From: a virus | Virus record (IMG/VR): IMGVR_UViG_3300043567_001187 | Span: 1-64,000 of that record | DNA: 64,000 bases | Reading direction: 5' to 3' (one strand) | Shown here: positions 10,766 to 21,705 of the stretch, one piece after another | Layout: the number at the start of each line of letters is the position of its first letter | Position numbering within the stretch: position 1 is the stretch's first letter | Made by a program: the position numbers and the translations under genes | The notes under the pieces: generated by a model | What the model saw: only the letters and a program-made list of their open reading frames with translations | Databases searched by the model: none | What the model was told of the DNA's origin: nothing

Positions 10766-12368
10766 TATTACTTTTACATATGGTGGTGCAACGATAGCGC
10801 CAGCACCCAAAATTAATATAAAATCAAATATAATATATGCAAATGATAGCGCTATTGGATATGAGCATGAAGTTACTCTTAATGGACAAGCTATCGATAA
10901 AGATGTTTTAACATTTGGTGCAACGATATCTAAAGCAGAAGAAATAAGACAAACTTTATCTAAAAATGGATCAGTATTAATAGTGTCTGGCGATGGATCG
11001 GATTTAATAAAAGCTTTTGGGGGAGTATTAACAGATCTAAAATTTGATTCTGATAATTCATTTAGTAAATTTGCTAATTATTCAGCAACTATTATTTTTA
11101 ATGAGTTAAATATATTAGATGATTCTTTTAGTTGTAATTCCTCTCAGCTGTCTGGATATAGTCAGCTTATAGATATTAATAAATATAAGATCAAAGAATT
11201 TACTGATAGTTGGACATTTAATTTAGATGATGGAATTTATGATTTTGATAACCAAATTAATAATAGTCAATTAAGTGTATCTTATCAAATATTAGCTAAA
11301 GGATTATCCTATTTTACAGAAGATTCGAATATTGTCTTGCCATGGCAGCAGGCTAAAAATTTTGTTCAAGATAAACTATTTACTCAAATAAAAAATTTTC
11401 ATAACAAGAATATTCTCAAATTAGATGCTGATACAGCTTGCGCAGCCTCTAAATCATTAACAGATCTACATTCGGATAATGGTCAATTATACGCCATAAA
11501 CCTATCATATTATGTATATGATGAAACTATTTCTTGTGAAACATCAGAAGCTGAAGGCACATTTTCTGCCACATATAATGCTATACTAAAATTTGATGAT
11601 GATAATTCAGATATTTCCAGTAAAGAGGCTATACATAACTTTACAAAAAAAATTAGTACCAACTATGAAGGATCAAAAGAGATTATATCATTGTCTGTAG
11701 ATGGTACTATTAAAGGATTAAATAGTTCTAATTTATCTACAGATTTAGTATTTGGTGGTTTTTCTTTACCCAAAAACGGCAAACTTTTAAAGGATGGCAA
11801 CAGTTTTACAAAATTAACTAATGCAAATATAGCTAAAAATAAGATTATAAACGCCTCGCAAGAAGATTTTACAGATACTTTTAAAGATATTCTAAATATT
11901 GAAGATATTTTTTCTACCTTAAATTGTTCTGATACAATAATATCTCCTAATGTTTTTAGCTTGACAACAGATCTTTTTTTAGGTATAATAAATTATAGTG
12001 CGCAATATTCTAGCGATAGATTATTAGCCGTTGATAGTGGAAATATAGTAATATATAATACCACAATAGATGTTGAGAAACCCAAACCAATATATGCAGA
12101 ATTACCTATTGTTAATGGAAACTATGTTATACAGGATTTATCTACTACTACTAGTCAAAAAATTAATATTGGCGTGAATGGTAGGTTAAAATATGATCAG
12201 TGTACTGCTCAACCATCGTTACAGAAAATTAAAGGCATTATGGAAGAATTTACTTTTCCCACAGGATTGAACTTTATATTAACAAATAAAAATTTATTAT
12301 ATAATTTTCCCAACCATAGTTTTACTATGAATGTATCATATTTATGTAAGAGTGGGTGTCCAATATGA
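10758..12368 (+). CDS. Putative tail/baseplate protein, paralog B
   Basis: 536 aa; shares PAP.I.I, YAN..AIGY...VTLNG, KYKIK.F.DSW, W.QAKNF.QD.L, SEAEG.F with previous ORF. Confidence 0.55.
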   Translation: MSNITFTYGGATIAPAPKINIKSNIIYANDSAIGYEHEVTLNGQAIDKDVLTFGATISKAEEIRQTLSKNGSVLIVSGDGSDLIKAFGGVLTDLKFDSDNSFSKFANYSATIIFNELNILDDSFSCNSSQLSGYSQLIDINKYKIKEFTDSWTFNLDDGIYDFDNQINNSQLSVSYQILAKGLSYFTEDSNIVLPWQQAKNFVQDKLFTQIKNFHNKNILKLDADTACAASKSLTDLHSDNGQLYAINLSYYVYDETISCETSEAEGTFSATYNAILKFDDDNSDISSKEAIHNFTKKISTNYEGSKEIISLSVDGTIKGLNSSNLSTDLVFGGFSLPKNGKLLKDGNSFTKLTNANIAKNKIINASQEDFTDTFKDILNIEDIFSTLNCSDTIISPNVFSLTTDLFLGIINYSAQYSSDRLLAVDSGNIVIYNTTIDVEKPKPIYAELPIVNGNYVIQDLSTTTSQKINIGVNGRLKYDQCTAQPSLQKIKGIMEEFTFPTGLNFILTNKNLLYNFPNHSFTMNVSYLCKSGCPI

Positions 12369-14146
12369 CAACAGTTTTAGAACCAGCAATATCGGGACTG
12401 CCTATATATTTTATGGGAGGTTCTGTAGTATCTTTTAATGCTTCTATAGGTTTTGGCTCTCAGCAAGAAAGCACACTAACAGTAGAACTCATAGAAGACT
12501 GTGAAACACAATGCGGCACACCTCAAACTATTCAAACCTCAGGAATTATAGGAAGTCCGCAATATTTTACTGCTGGAAATTTTACTTTTGGTGGTATAGT
12601 TACTTCGTGGAATAAAACTAAAAATATAAACGGTGAAATATATACTATAAAATTAAACGATCCTAGACAGCTTTTACAAAATGTTACTATTATTACAGAC
12701 AGTATTAGAGGCACTACAAGCCCCACTTCTATCGGCTCTACTAATTATTGGCAGAATGAGACTATATATGGACCTAATTATTATAATGTATTTGCATGGT
12801 ATGAAGATAGGCTAACCATTACTAATGGGGTGGGTAGTAAATGTCCTGCTTTTGGTGACTCTGGAAATGTTGATGGTCAAGGAATGCCATACTCTAGAAT
12901 AAAACATGCTCTGACTCCAAGAATTTTTCCAACAGGTACTTTCTTCACTCCAGTCCGACCAGTTCACGGTCCGTTAGGCGCGTTCCCATACAGTATGTTT
13001 TCCGCTTTAGCATATAGCGGAACTCCTCTAAAGTCTTCTCCTGACAATATCAATACTTATAATTTTGAAGTGGATTTAAATACTTTGCCAAACGCTCCTG
13101 ATTACTATAGGGTGCCTGGACCAAGCACCACATTACTAGAAATGGCACAGGATGTTTGCGATGTAATGGCTCAAGATTTTTATGTTTATATGGAACAAGT
13201 ACCAGTATCCGGACAAGCTCCTAAAAATATTATTAAATTTGGATTAGTAGATTTGACTGCCAACCCTTCTAGTTTTAATACCATATTAACAGCCTTTAGC
13301 GGACAAGCATTGGATTTATCTTTTGGAGAAGAATTTAGAAGTGATATTACACGTAGTATACTTATTGGAGAAAATATACATCAATTAACTTATGTTAATG
13401 AATTTTTACCATTTTTTGGAGAAGACCTAGATCCTATCACTTTAAACATGCGTCCTGTAATAGCTTTTTATTTTGACTATAATGGATTTTGGATAGCAAA
13501 AAATGTCAACGATTTAAATTCTAAATTATATAATCCCTTTTTTGTTAATAATGGATTATATTCTATTCATGAATTAGATATAAGATGTGCGATGGCCTCT
13601 TTTAAAGCTTGGTTTTTTCGTACTTTTACGGGAGAATCCTTAGAAGAGTCTGGGTATTTGGGTACTCCAGGAACATTTAATAGTGCTATTAGAAATCGTT
13701 TCTCTAATTGTGTAATAAATAATCCAGACTGGATAAAAACTAGACTTATAGATTCTGAAGATCAACTCAATATCATACAATCTTCACTGTATAAAAGTGC
13801 TCAAGATTTATTTCAAAATCCTACACAATTTGCTGCTGCTAGTAATAAACCAGATAATTTGATCGATTTAGAAAAAATACATTCGTGGCTAGCAGATTTA
13901 GGCAACACATATTATGGTAAACAATATATAGTTTCAGCACCAAATATATGTTTTAGAAAAATTACAGACGGATCAGTTGTTTTTACCAAAGAACCAACTA
14001 ATGCCGGTGGTTGGGTAGAACCTGGAAGTACAGTATTAGATTTGACGGATCCAGAACTAGAAACATTTAGAACAGAAGATGGACGTATTAAATGTTTTGC
14101 CGTATTTAAAACTGATGGTGAAGTATATAATGCTGGAGTTAATTAA
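12365..14146 (+). CDS. Putative tail tip/hub protein
   Basis: ATG at 12365 overlaps upstream stop (ATGA); tail-module position; beta-rich N-terminus. Confidence 0.45.
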   Translation: MTTVLEPAISGLPIYFMGGSVVSFNASIGFGSQQESTLTVELIEDCETQCGTPQTIQTSGIIGSPQYFTAGNFTFGGIVTSWNKTKNINGEIYTIKLNDPRQLLQNVTIITDSIRGTTSPTSIGSTNYWQNETIYGPNYYNVFAWYEDRLTITNGVGSKCPAFGDSGNVDGQGMPYSRIKHALTPRIFPTGTFFTPVRPVHGPLGAFPYSMFSALAYSGTPLKSSPDNINTYNFEVDLNTLPNAPDYYRVPGPSTTLLEMAQDVCDVMAQDFYVYMEQVPVSGQAPKNIIKFGLVDLTANPSSFNTILTAFSGQALDLSFGEEFRSDITRSILIGENIHQLTYVNEFLPFFGEDLDPITLNMRPVIAFYFDYNGFWIAKNVNDLNSKLYNPFFVNNGLYSIHELDIRCAMASFKAWFFRTFTGESLEESGYLGTPGTFNSAIRNRFSNCVINNPDWIKTRLIDSEDQLNIIQSSLYKSAQDLFQNPTQFAAASNKPDNLIDLEKIHSWLADLGNTYYGKQYIVSAPNICFRKITDGSVVFTKEPTNAGGWVEPGSTVLDLTDPELETFRTEDGRIKCFAVFKTDGEVYNAGVN

Positions 14147-14149
14147 ATT

Positions 14150-16096
14150 ATGTCTAGAATATTAGATTGTGGAAATCTAGATATATCAAATATTTCAGAA
14201 GAAATCATAACCATTAATCAATCAGCATGGGTTGCTGCTGACGTTGATGAAAAAATATATTTATATTCAACAAACAATACTGTTTTTGGATTTATGGTAA
14301 TAAAATTTGCTTCTCCATGTTTAGCTACACTTTGTGACGATACAACAAGTAGAGGAATTCAATTCGCAGTAAGTACACAAGAAATGGCATTGCGCGATTT
14401 AGAAAATTTTAGAGATTTTGCTATAAATAACACGTCATATTACTCTCAACAAATGAATAATGCTCTTGCAAATTTTGGATTACCACCATCTCATGCTAGT
14501 CATTTTAATCCACAATGGGGTATTCAAAGGCCAATTCCATCATTTAATGATAAAATCAGCAAAAACTTAGCTTCTCAACCCACAAAAGGTATAGACGCTC
14601 ACAATCTTAATGATTTTGGTTTTCAATCAGTAGCAGTTAGACCTCTAGGTGCTGTTATTCCATTAAGAGATAATTTTGACACTTATGGACCATGGACATC
14701 TAATAATTTTTGGACTTCTACGGGTGGAATAAGTGTTACTAGTGATAATAGTTTTTCTCCTTGGACTTTCGGATCTATATATACATTAAATAACGCAGGA
14801 GAAAATATAGTTGAATTTAGTAATAGAGGATTAGTGAAGGCTGAGACTGGTCTCGTTACGCTTGTAGGAATTCCATCTTCTGAACACAATTTGCCAAAAC
14901 TAGGGGAAAAATTATCAGGATTTGGACCTAATTTAACTTCAGTAAACTTTAGCTTAAGCACTAAAGGGGCAACTACAACCTATGAATTTAAAACATACAC
15001 TCCTAAATTTGGTAAACTTACAAAATTATTTTATGATAGATATAAAGAATTAAACAAGGCAAGAAATAAGCAACTTAAACTACTTAAAGATTTTCAAAGT
15101 AAACAAAATAAATTATATAGAAAAATTGCAGCACGAAGAATTAGAGAAAAATTAGACTCAGTTAAACCCGATGCCTTTAGCAATAGTATGCAAAGAGTAA
15201 TTATTGGATATATGGATGATTGGTATAATTTAGGTGATGGTTCAAAATCTCAAAAAACAGTTGTTGGTATGGCTACATTAGCAAAAACTAGTTTGGAAAC
15301 TTTTGCTGATGAAAACATGAATAAAAGCATAATGAGCTTAGATGGTATCTTTAGTCCGGTATCAAATTATAATTCAGCTTTACCTAGAGTAGTAGAGCCA
15401 GAAGACCCAACAATTATTAATACTTTGCCTGCTATGCCACCAGGATTTAGCGATTTTGAAAATCCAAAAACAATTAATAGTAAAAGTTATAATCCTATAA
15501 CTATTGGAGATACAGAAGGACCAGCAAAATTTCATGATGGTGAAGCTATGGGTCATTCTATAGATATTATAGGTAGAAATTCTATACCAAAAAATGGTCT
15601 AATTAATAGTTTTTATGGGTTGTCTCAAGACGATAAAGAAAAAAAATATGGAGAAGGATCATATAACTTTATAGCTTTAAAAGGCCCATTAATGCTACAT
15701 TCATGGGGTTATGATCTGGAGGGTAATCCTGTACCTGGAGACGGAACAACTTTTGAAAGTAATTGGTTACAAAAGCCAAAATCTTGGCCAGTAGCTCCGA
15801 TAGATCTTAGGTTTGATAAACAAAGAGGTATGTGGGTATGTCCTCAGCCTTTTAGAATTGTTACTGGTACCTTATTGAGTCCACTACTTCCTGGACAAGA
15901 AGCTTTTGCTATATTAGAAGATGATTTTTCTAAAAGAGTTGGAGTAGTAGATAAAATAGGTCGTTCATGGAAAGCTGGTACTCGTTGTTATCTTTATTTT
16001 GATGCTTATATTAATGTGTATATCGTATTAGAAGGTCATGAACCAGAAGAGCCAGATGATGAAACTAATTGTTGTGATGAATCTGATGTGGACTAA
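14150..16096 (+). CDS. Putative tail protein
   Basis: 648 aa, same frame as previous ORF after a single TAA; tail-module position. Confidence 0.45.
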   Translation: MSRILDCGNLDISNISEEIITINQSAWVAADVDEKIYLYSTNNTVFGFMVIKFASPCLATLCDDTTSRGIQFAVSTQEMALRDLENFRDFAINNTSYYSQQMNNALANFGLPPSHASHFNPQWGIQRPIPSFNDKISKNLASQPTKGIDAHNLNDFGFQSVAVRPLGAVIPLRDNFDTYGPWTSNNFWTSTGGISVTSDNSFSPWTFGSIYTLNNAGENIVEFSNRGLVKAETGLVTLVGIPSSEHNLPKLGEKLSGFGPNLTSVNFSLSTKGATTTYEFKTYTPKFGKLTKLFYDRYKELNKARNKQLKLLKDFQSKQNKLYRKIAARRIREKLDSVKPDAFSNSMQRVIIGYMDDWYNLGDGSKSQKTVVGMATLAKTSLETFADENMNKSIMSLDGIFSPVSNYNSALPRVVEPEDPTIINTLPAMPPGFSDFENPKTINSKSYNPITIGDTEGPAKFHDGEAMGHSIDIIGRNSIPKNGLINSFYGLSQDDKEKKYGEGSYNFIALKGPLMLHSWGYDLEGNPVPGDGTTFESNWLQKPKSWPVAPIDLRFDKQRGMWVCPQPFRIVTGTLLSPLLPGQEAFAILEDDFSKRVGVVDKIGRSWKAGTRCYLYFDAYINVYIVLEGHEPEEPDDETNCCDESDVD

Positions 16097-16112
16097 ATTA
16101 TAGGGTATTTTT

Positions 16113-18839
16113 ATGAGCTGCACACCAACACCAACTATATCTAATACTCAAACATCTACTCCAACCAAGACTCCCACATCTAGCGTTACGGCATCTAAAA
16201 CAGGAACTCCATTAGAAAGTGCAACTCGTACACCTAGTATCACACAAAGTAAAACTAAAACTTTAAGCAAAAGTAATACTAAAACTAGAACCGCCACTGT
16301 CAGCAGAAGTCCCGACATATCGCCAACGCCATCGTTTTCAATTTCAAGAAGTTCTACTCTTACAAGAACTATTTCAAAAAGCCTAGGAACTACCAAAACC
16401 CCGTCCCCATGCTCAAGTCCTACTCCTTCAATATCTTTTAGTAAAACTAATACCGCTACGCCTACTCGTACAACCACAAATACTGCTAGTAAAACCCCAA
16501 CACTATCAGCAACTAAGACACGTACTAATACAGCAACTAATACAAAAACTAATACAAGTACATCTAGTTTAACTAAAACAAAAACCAATACTAGTACAAT
16601 TACATCAACTAATACAGCGACTAGCTCATCTACTCCTACTATAACAGCAACTAATAGCCCTACAAATACTATGACTGCAAGTATAACTCCTACTTATACG
16701 CCTACTAATACCACTACTAATACAGTTAGTATTTCTATGACGAATACCTCTACTAGTACTGTCACACGTAGTATTAGTAATACGACTACTCAAACACCAA
16801 CTAGTACTAATACATCAACGGTTAGTCAATCAGTTAGTGGTACTCCTAATGCTTCTCATACATCAACACCAACCAATACGGCTACAACTACAAGAACAAC
16901 GACTAATACTGCGACACCAACAAAAACATTGACAAATACTGCAACCTCTACTACTACAGCAAGTAGCAGCTTAACTGCAACTATCACAGCTAGTATAACT
17001 CCAACAAATACCGCCACCAATACTCTGACACCAACTAATACGTCTACCAACACCCTAACCGCCACTAATACTATAACACCATCTCCAACCTATTCCCCAA
17101 CTAATACCATAACATCTACACCAACATCAACTATTACAGCAACTCAAACCAAAACAACTACTAATACTCCAACTTTTACCAGAACATCAAGCATAAGTAT
17201 GACACCCACAGATACACCCACAACAACACCAACCACAACACGTACCAATACCACAACAAACACTATAACTGGTACTCAAACTAAAACACCCACCACAACC
17301 AGAACACCAACTAAAACCAGCACAATGACACCATCTGCTACTATAGTATGTGAAATAGAGACAATAACAGATCCTGTTGATACAACTATTACTATAGATA
17401 GACATACAAGAATAGTTGCTGATAATGGACCAATTAATATAGACTTAATAAATTATACATCTTCTATATGTCCATTAAATCCATATCCGTTACCACATGT
17501 TACATTAATTCTTGATGGATCTAGTTCAGAATATAATACAGTATACCAAGTTTTGCCTGGAAATCAGCCAGTAAATATAAGAATAGCTAAACAAGGATCT
17601 GGCACATGGGTATTTACTGATTCTAATAGTAATTGGACACATAGAGCTAGTGGTACTCCACATTTACTATTCGAAGAAGGAACTATTATTTTAGCCGGAA
17701 ATGCTCTGGGCGGTTCGGCTACCGGTAGTATAATAGGCAGACAAAATGCTACTATGCCATATCTTGGTAGTGCTGATTTTAATGGACCAGTGGCTCTTTT
17801 AATAGCTCGACAAGCAAGAGAACTTACCGAGGATGGAGATTTAATACCAGAAGAAAACAGAGAACCATCAACTTTTTCTAGAGTCTTAGAGATTCCATCA
17901 GGAGCAATAAATTCTGATATTATTCTAGGAGGTAGTTCCTATGGTAATCAAAACGGAGAATTTGGTACTTTTGATAGTAATGCAGCATTTAGAATTGGAT
18001 CTAGTGGCATAACACTAGCATCAGATGCTAATGGATATGTAAGATTTATAACAGCATATTGGCAAAAAGTAGATGGCAACCCAGATCCTGAAATAGATGT
18101 CAATATTGGTACACAAACAATGACAGGAGATGTCTGGCTAGATTATGCATTATTCCCATCATCTATTAATAATTTAAATATAAGAACTGGTGGTCTGGTT
18201 TTTGCTAATGGAAACTATAGATTTGGCGGCAACCCATTAAGCAATCCTCCAATATTAACCATAGGTAGTGAATATTCTTCAGCAAGAATAGAGATGGTAT
18301 CAAATATTCAAGCTTTTAATAGTACAACATTTATAGGAAACGATAATCTTATCACAGGAGGAACATTTAGATTATTTAATAACGGAACAGACCCGACCGT
18401 AACTGTACAGGCTGGTAGTCACACAATTTCATCAGACTTAATATTTGATACAACACCAACATTTGATGTATCGGATGGCTGTCAGATAACTATTGGTGGA
18501 ACTATACAACCTACCAGTGCCGGATTAATAAAAAATGGCTTGGGAACTCTTATACTACAAGAAGCTGTCGGATATAGCGGCACTACGAATATTATAGATG
18601 GATCTTTAACAGTAAACTCTATAATAAGCGGACCATCTATAGTTGATTCGGTAGTATTTACATCTGGTACTTTAACTATAAACTTTAATAGTGAGCCATC
18701 AATCAATGATACTTTCCAGATATTGCTTGGTTCTACAGCACAAACTTATGTCACTGAAGATATCAGCCTCGTTGGGATAACAGGAACTTATATCCCAGCA
18801 TATGACGATACTACTTCTACTTTAACTATTAATGAATGA
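16113..18839 (+). CDS. Fibre/adhesin-like protein: Thr-rich mucin-like stalk plus autotransporter-associated beta-strand (PATR-like) repeats
   Basis: First ~410 aa dominated by T/S/P/N; C-terminal IAKQGSGTWVF and GLIKNGLGTLIL..GYSGTTNIIDGSLTV motifs. Confidence 0.7.
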   Translation: MSCTPTPTISNTQTSTPTKTPTSSVTASKTGTPLESATRTPSITQSKTKTLSKSNTKTRTATVSRSPDISPTPSFSISRSSTLTRTISKSLGTTKTPSPCSSPTPSISFSKTNTATPTRTTTNTASKTPTLSATKTRTNTATNTKTNTSTSSLTKTKTNTSTITSTNTATSSSTPTITATNSPTNTMTASITPTYTPTNTTTNTVSISMTNTSTSTVTRSISNTTTQTPTSTNTSTVSQSVSGTPNASHTSTPTNTATTTRTTTNTATPTKTLTNTATSTTTASSSLTATITASITPTNTATNTLTPTNTSTNTLTATNTITPSPTYSPTNTITSTPTSTITATQTKTTTNTPTFTRTSSISMTPTDTPTTTPTTTRTNTTTNTITGTQTKTPTTTRTPTKTSTMTPSATIVCEIETITDPVDTTITIDRHTRIVADNGPINIDLINYTSSICPLNPYPLPHVTLILDGSSSEYNTVYQVLPGNQPVNIRIAKQGSGTWVFTDSNSNWTHRASGTPHLLFEEGTIILAGNALGGSATGSIIGRQNATMPYLGSADFNGPVALLIARQARELTEDGDLIPEENREPSTFSRVLEIPSGAINSDIILGGSSYGNQNGEFGTFDSNAAFRIGSSGITLASDANGYVRFITAYWQKVDGNPDPEIDVNIGTQTMTGDVWLDYALFPSSINNLNIRTGGLVFANGNYRFGGNPLSNPPILTIGSEYSSARIEMVSNIQAFNSTTFIGNDNLITGGTFRLFNNGTDPTVTVQAGSHTISSDLIFDTTPTFDVSDGCQITIGGTIQPTSAGLIKNGLGTLILQEAVGYSGTTNIIDGSLTVNSIISGPSIVDSVVFTSGTLTINFNSEPSINDTFQILLGSTAQTYVTEDISLVGITGTYIPAYDDTTSTLTINE
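16122..17345 (+). repeat. Low-complexity Thr/Ser/Pro (TPT, TNT, TxT) coding repeat
   Basis: Imperfect ACN-codon-rich repeats. Confidence 0.95.
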
Positions 18840-20435
18840 TCATTGTTTATAAACAATAAACTGATCAGTAGATAAAATATCTAATCCTGTATTATCTAAC
18901 ATCCATAATCCATCTTTATATGAATTAATTAATGGTTTACCATTTATATTAAAAGATGTATTTAATAGTACGCCTATTCCAGATAGTTTTTCAAATTCTG
19001 TAAGTAAATCATATATAAAAGAATTTTGGTCTTTTGTAACCGTTTGTAATCTTGCTGTTCCATCAATGTGGGTGATAGATACTAATTGTTCCTTATATTC
19101 TTCCCTAACATTAGCATAATAACTCATAAATCTACTTTCACCATTAAATTCAAAATACTTATTAGCATCTTCCAATTTAACTACAGGAGCAAATGGTCTG
19201 AACCACTCTCTTCTTTTAACCTTTTGATTAAGAATATCTTTCATGTTCGGTATGGCAGGATTGCATAGTATACTCCTATTGCCAAGTGCTCGCGGTCCGT
19301 GCTCACAATCACCTTGTATTAATCCTACTATATTTCCATTATTTAAAATTTCAGCCATTTTTTCATGACTATATACTTCTGACCATTTATTTTCTATTAA
19401 TTCATATATACAATAAGGATCCAAAACTGGCAACCCTCCATATGTTACATCAACTTGATATCTGGGTCTTTCATAGTCTAATAACATACCCAACGCCAGC
19501 CCCGAATCATTTGAGTTTGGCGCTATAAATATTGGTCTATTAAATAAATCCTTAACTCTTGTGTTACAAACAACATTTAGAGCGCAGCCTCCGGTTAAAC
19601 ATATAGGTAGATGACTATACTCTATTGAATTTAATATTGGTGTAATAATTTCTAAAAATATTTCTTCAAATACTTTCTGAGATGTTGCAGCTATATCTAA
19701 AGCCAAGTCTCCCATTAGTCTATTATTCGTATCAAATACTATTCCAATTTTTGATCCTATTATTGTATTAATTTTTTCTAAATAATCTATACCATTGGGT
19801 TTACTGAAATAATAATCTTTAAAGTATCTTACCCAGTCTTCTCTTACTGATCCGTATCCACACAAACCCATTAGTTTTCCAGCGTATACTAAATTACCGA
19901 TAGATAATTCTGATTCAAACTTAATTTCATTAATAAAATGTCCAAAGGACATATAAGCAAAACCTAAATCTATATCTACGTTCTGTATATTTGTAACACT
20001 GTTTTGTCTATTCCCATAAAATATATTAAAAAATCCATCGCTACCACCCCCATCATAACTAATAATAATAGCTTCATCAAAAGGAGATTGATAAAATGTT
20101 CCGGCAGCATGGGCCTTATGGTGTAAACAAAAATGTTTATTTTTAGCCGATATAAGATCTTCAAATTTTATATGATCACTTCCATATATCACATCGGTAT
20201 TCGCATATAATAGATTATCAAAAAGTAAACTATTATTAAATTCCTTTTTAATATACTGTAAAATTTGATCTAGAATATAGAAAGAGTTACGACACAACAG
20301 ATACTGTGTTAAGCCATAATTTTTTTTATTAATAAATCTTTCTATTTCTATAATTTTATACCTATTATTATCTCTAAAGGCGATACCACCATTATGAGAT
20401 CCGTATATAGCTAAATTATTTTCATGATAGTACAT
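18840..20435 (-). CDS. O-carbamoyltransferase (NodU/CmcH/TobZ family)
   Basis: HHKAHAA, DGGG.DG, GGCALN, NDSGLALG, GPRALGNRSIL, KRREWFRPFAP, HIDGTARLQTV, LNTSFN; ATG at 20435 preferred over TTG at 20453. Confidence 0.93.
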   Translation of the reverse strand: MYYHENNLAIYGSHNGGIAFRDNNRYKIIEIERFINKKNYGLTQYLLCRNSFYILDQILQYIKKEFNNSLLFDNLLYANTDVIYGSDHIKFEDLISAKNKHFCLHHKAHAAGTFYQSPFDEAIIISYDGGGSDGFFNIFYGNRQNSVTNIQNVDIDLGFAYMSFGHFINEIKFESELSIGNLVYAGKLMGLCGYGSVREDWVRYFKDYYFSKPNGIDYLEKINTIIGSKIGIVFDTNNRLMGDLALDIAATSQKVFEEIFLEIITPILNSIEYSHLPICLTGGCALNVVCNTRVKDLFNRPIFIAPNSNDSGLALGMLLDYERPRYQVDVTYGGLPVLDPYCIYELIENKWSEVYSHEKMAEILNNGNIVGLIQGDCEHGPRALGNRSILCNPAIPNMKDILNQKVKRREWFRPFAPVVKLEDANKYFEFNGESRFMSYYANVREEYKEQLVSITHIDGTARLQTVTKDQNSFIYDLLTEFEKLSGIGVLLNTSFNINGKPLINSYKDGLWMLDNTGLDILSTDQFIVYKQ

Positions 20436-20439
20436 AATA

Positions 20440-21702
20440 TTATATATTTCCAATTATAGGTTCAGCCCAGCCCTTGGATATGCTATGAGGCCATACTACC
20501 CAGCTAGTTGGTCTAATTTTAGTTTCAAAACTTCTCCATACTTTACAGTATCCGTCGGGATCATTTTTCATACGAGCTATTTCATATTGATCCGCGTCCT
20601 CTCTGAACATATCATTACCATCCTTATCCTTAAAAGCTACAGCCCAGAAATCATAATCGTCTTCTGGCACCTGGTCATATCCTATATCTATACAGTGTTT
20701 AAAAATATAAATTAGTTGTTCTTGAAACTCATTATCTGGAATATTCATATTTTCTAATTTTGGAGGTATATGATCCAATAAATCTCTAGTAACCCCTCTG
20801 CTACTAAAATGCATACCAGCGTATTTTTCATAGTCCTTAAGAGATCTAACAGTACCAAAATCATAAACTCCAAAATCAATATCTTTTTCATGATTATCCA
20901 TTTGAAATAATTTTCTATTTCTTAAATGACAACTATTATTCCTAGCGCCCCAATCGTTAATATCGTCCCATTGCTTACTTCTTCCTCTTCTAGTATATTC
21001 ATGCCAACAGATAACTTTATTAGGATAAAATATATCATACCCATAAGTAAAAGCACGAACAGCAATATTTATTTCTTCTCCATGAAAATAATAATAAGGA
21101 TCATGCTTAACTTCTTTACAGAATTGTCCTAAAGTAAATGCAAAATGAGCACTATAAAATCTACCCAGTAATGGTTTACTAATATCTTCTATTTCTGGAT
21201 TAAAATTAGTAGGTAAAAAAAATACAGCTCCTTCGGGTATATATCTATCAAAAGTCATTTTCCATGGTTCTTGTACTCTTTCAGGTGGATCATTATCAGG
21301 ATTAAAGCTGGGTATATATCCTGTAATTAGTGGTTTTGAATAACCATCTTTTTGTAGCTTTTTTAACATTTTTATTAATATAACATCCCAGTCTTTAACA
21401 AATCTATGATGACTGTCTAGTTGTAGAGTATAGGTTTCGCCGGCATATAGACTCTGAATAAGGTTTCTCGCCCAGCATACACCCTGGCTATCTCTATAAT
21501 CTATATCTAGAATTTTAAATCTAGAATCATTGATATATTCATTTAAGTTGTCCCAGCCATCATCCGGATGATGCTGCCAAGCTATGCCAAATCTTAAATT
21601 TTTAGGATATTTAGCATTATGCAACATATCTTGTAACGTTAGTAATAACTGAGGATCTCTATATGACGCAATTTGTATAAATATAGTGTTTTTATTATTC
21701 AT
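20440..21702 (-). CDS. GlcNAc-transferase family (GT60-like) glycosyltransferase
   Basis: TIFIQIASYRDP, GVCWARN, YTLQLDSHHRFVKDWD (DSH motif), FYSAHFAF, FHGEEI..AVRAFT.GYD. Confidence 0.8.
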   Translation of the reverse strand: MNNKNTIFIQIASYRDPQLLLTLQDMLHNAKYPKNLRFGIAWQHHPDDGWDNLNEYINDSRFKILDIDYRDSQGVCWARNLIQSLYAGETYTLQLDSHHRFVKDWDVILIKMLKKLQKDGYSKPLITGYIPSFNPDNDPPERVQEPWKMTFDRYIPEGAVFFLPTNFNPEIEDISKPLLGRFYSAHFAFTLGQFCKEVKHDPYYYFHGEEINIAVRAFTYGYDIFYPNKVICWHEYTRRGRSKQWDDINDWGARNNSCHLRNRKLFQMDNHEKDIDFGVYDFGTVRSLKDYEKYAGMHFSSRGVTRDLLDHIPPKLENMNIPDNEFQEQLIYIFKHCIDIGYDQVPEDDYDFWAVAFKDKDGNDMFREDADQYEIARMKNDPDGYCKVWRSFETKIRPTSWVVWPHSISKGWAEPIIGNI

Positions 21703-21705
21703 AAG

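Noticed and set aside
16122-17345. Possible CRISPR array or DNA tandem repeat
   Set aside because: No identical direct repeats with unique spacers; the repetition is at amino-acid composition level
126-17405. Minus-strand ORFs within the tail genes, including Val-rich 16148-16588 and 16856-17065
   Set aside because: Antisense shadows of long plus-strand genes; Val/Leu richness mirrors Thr codons
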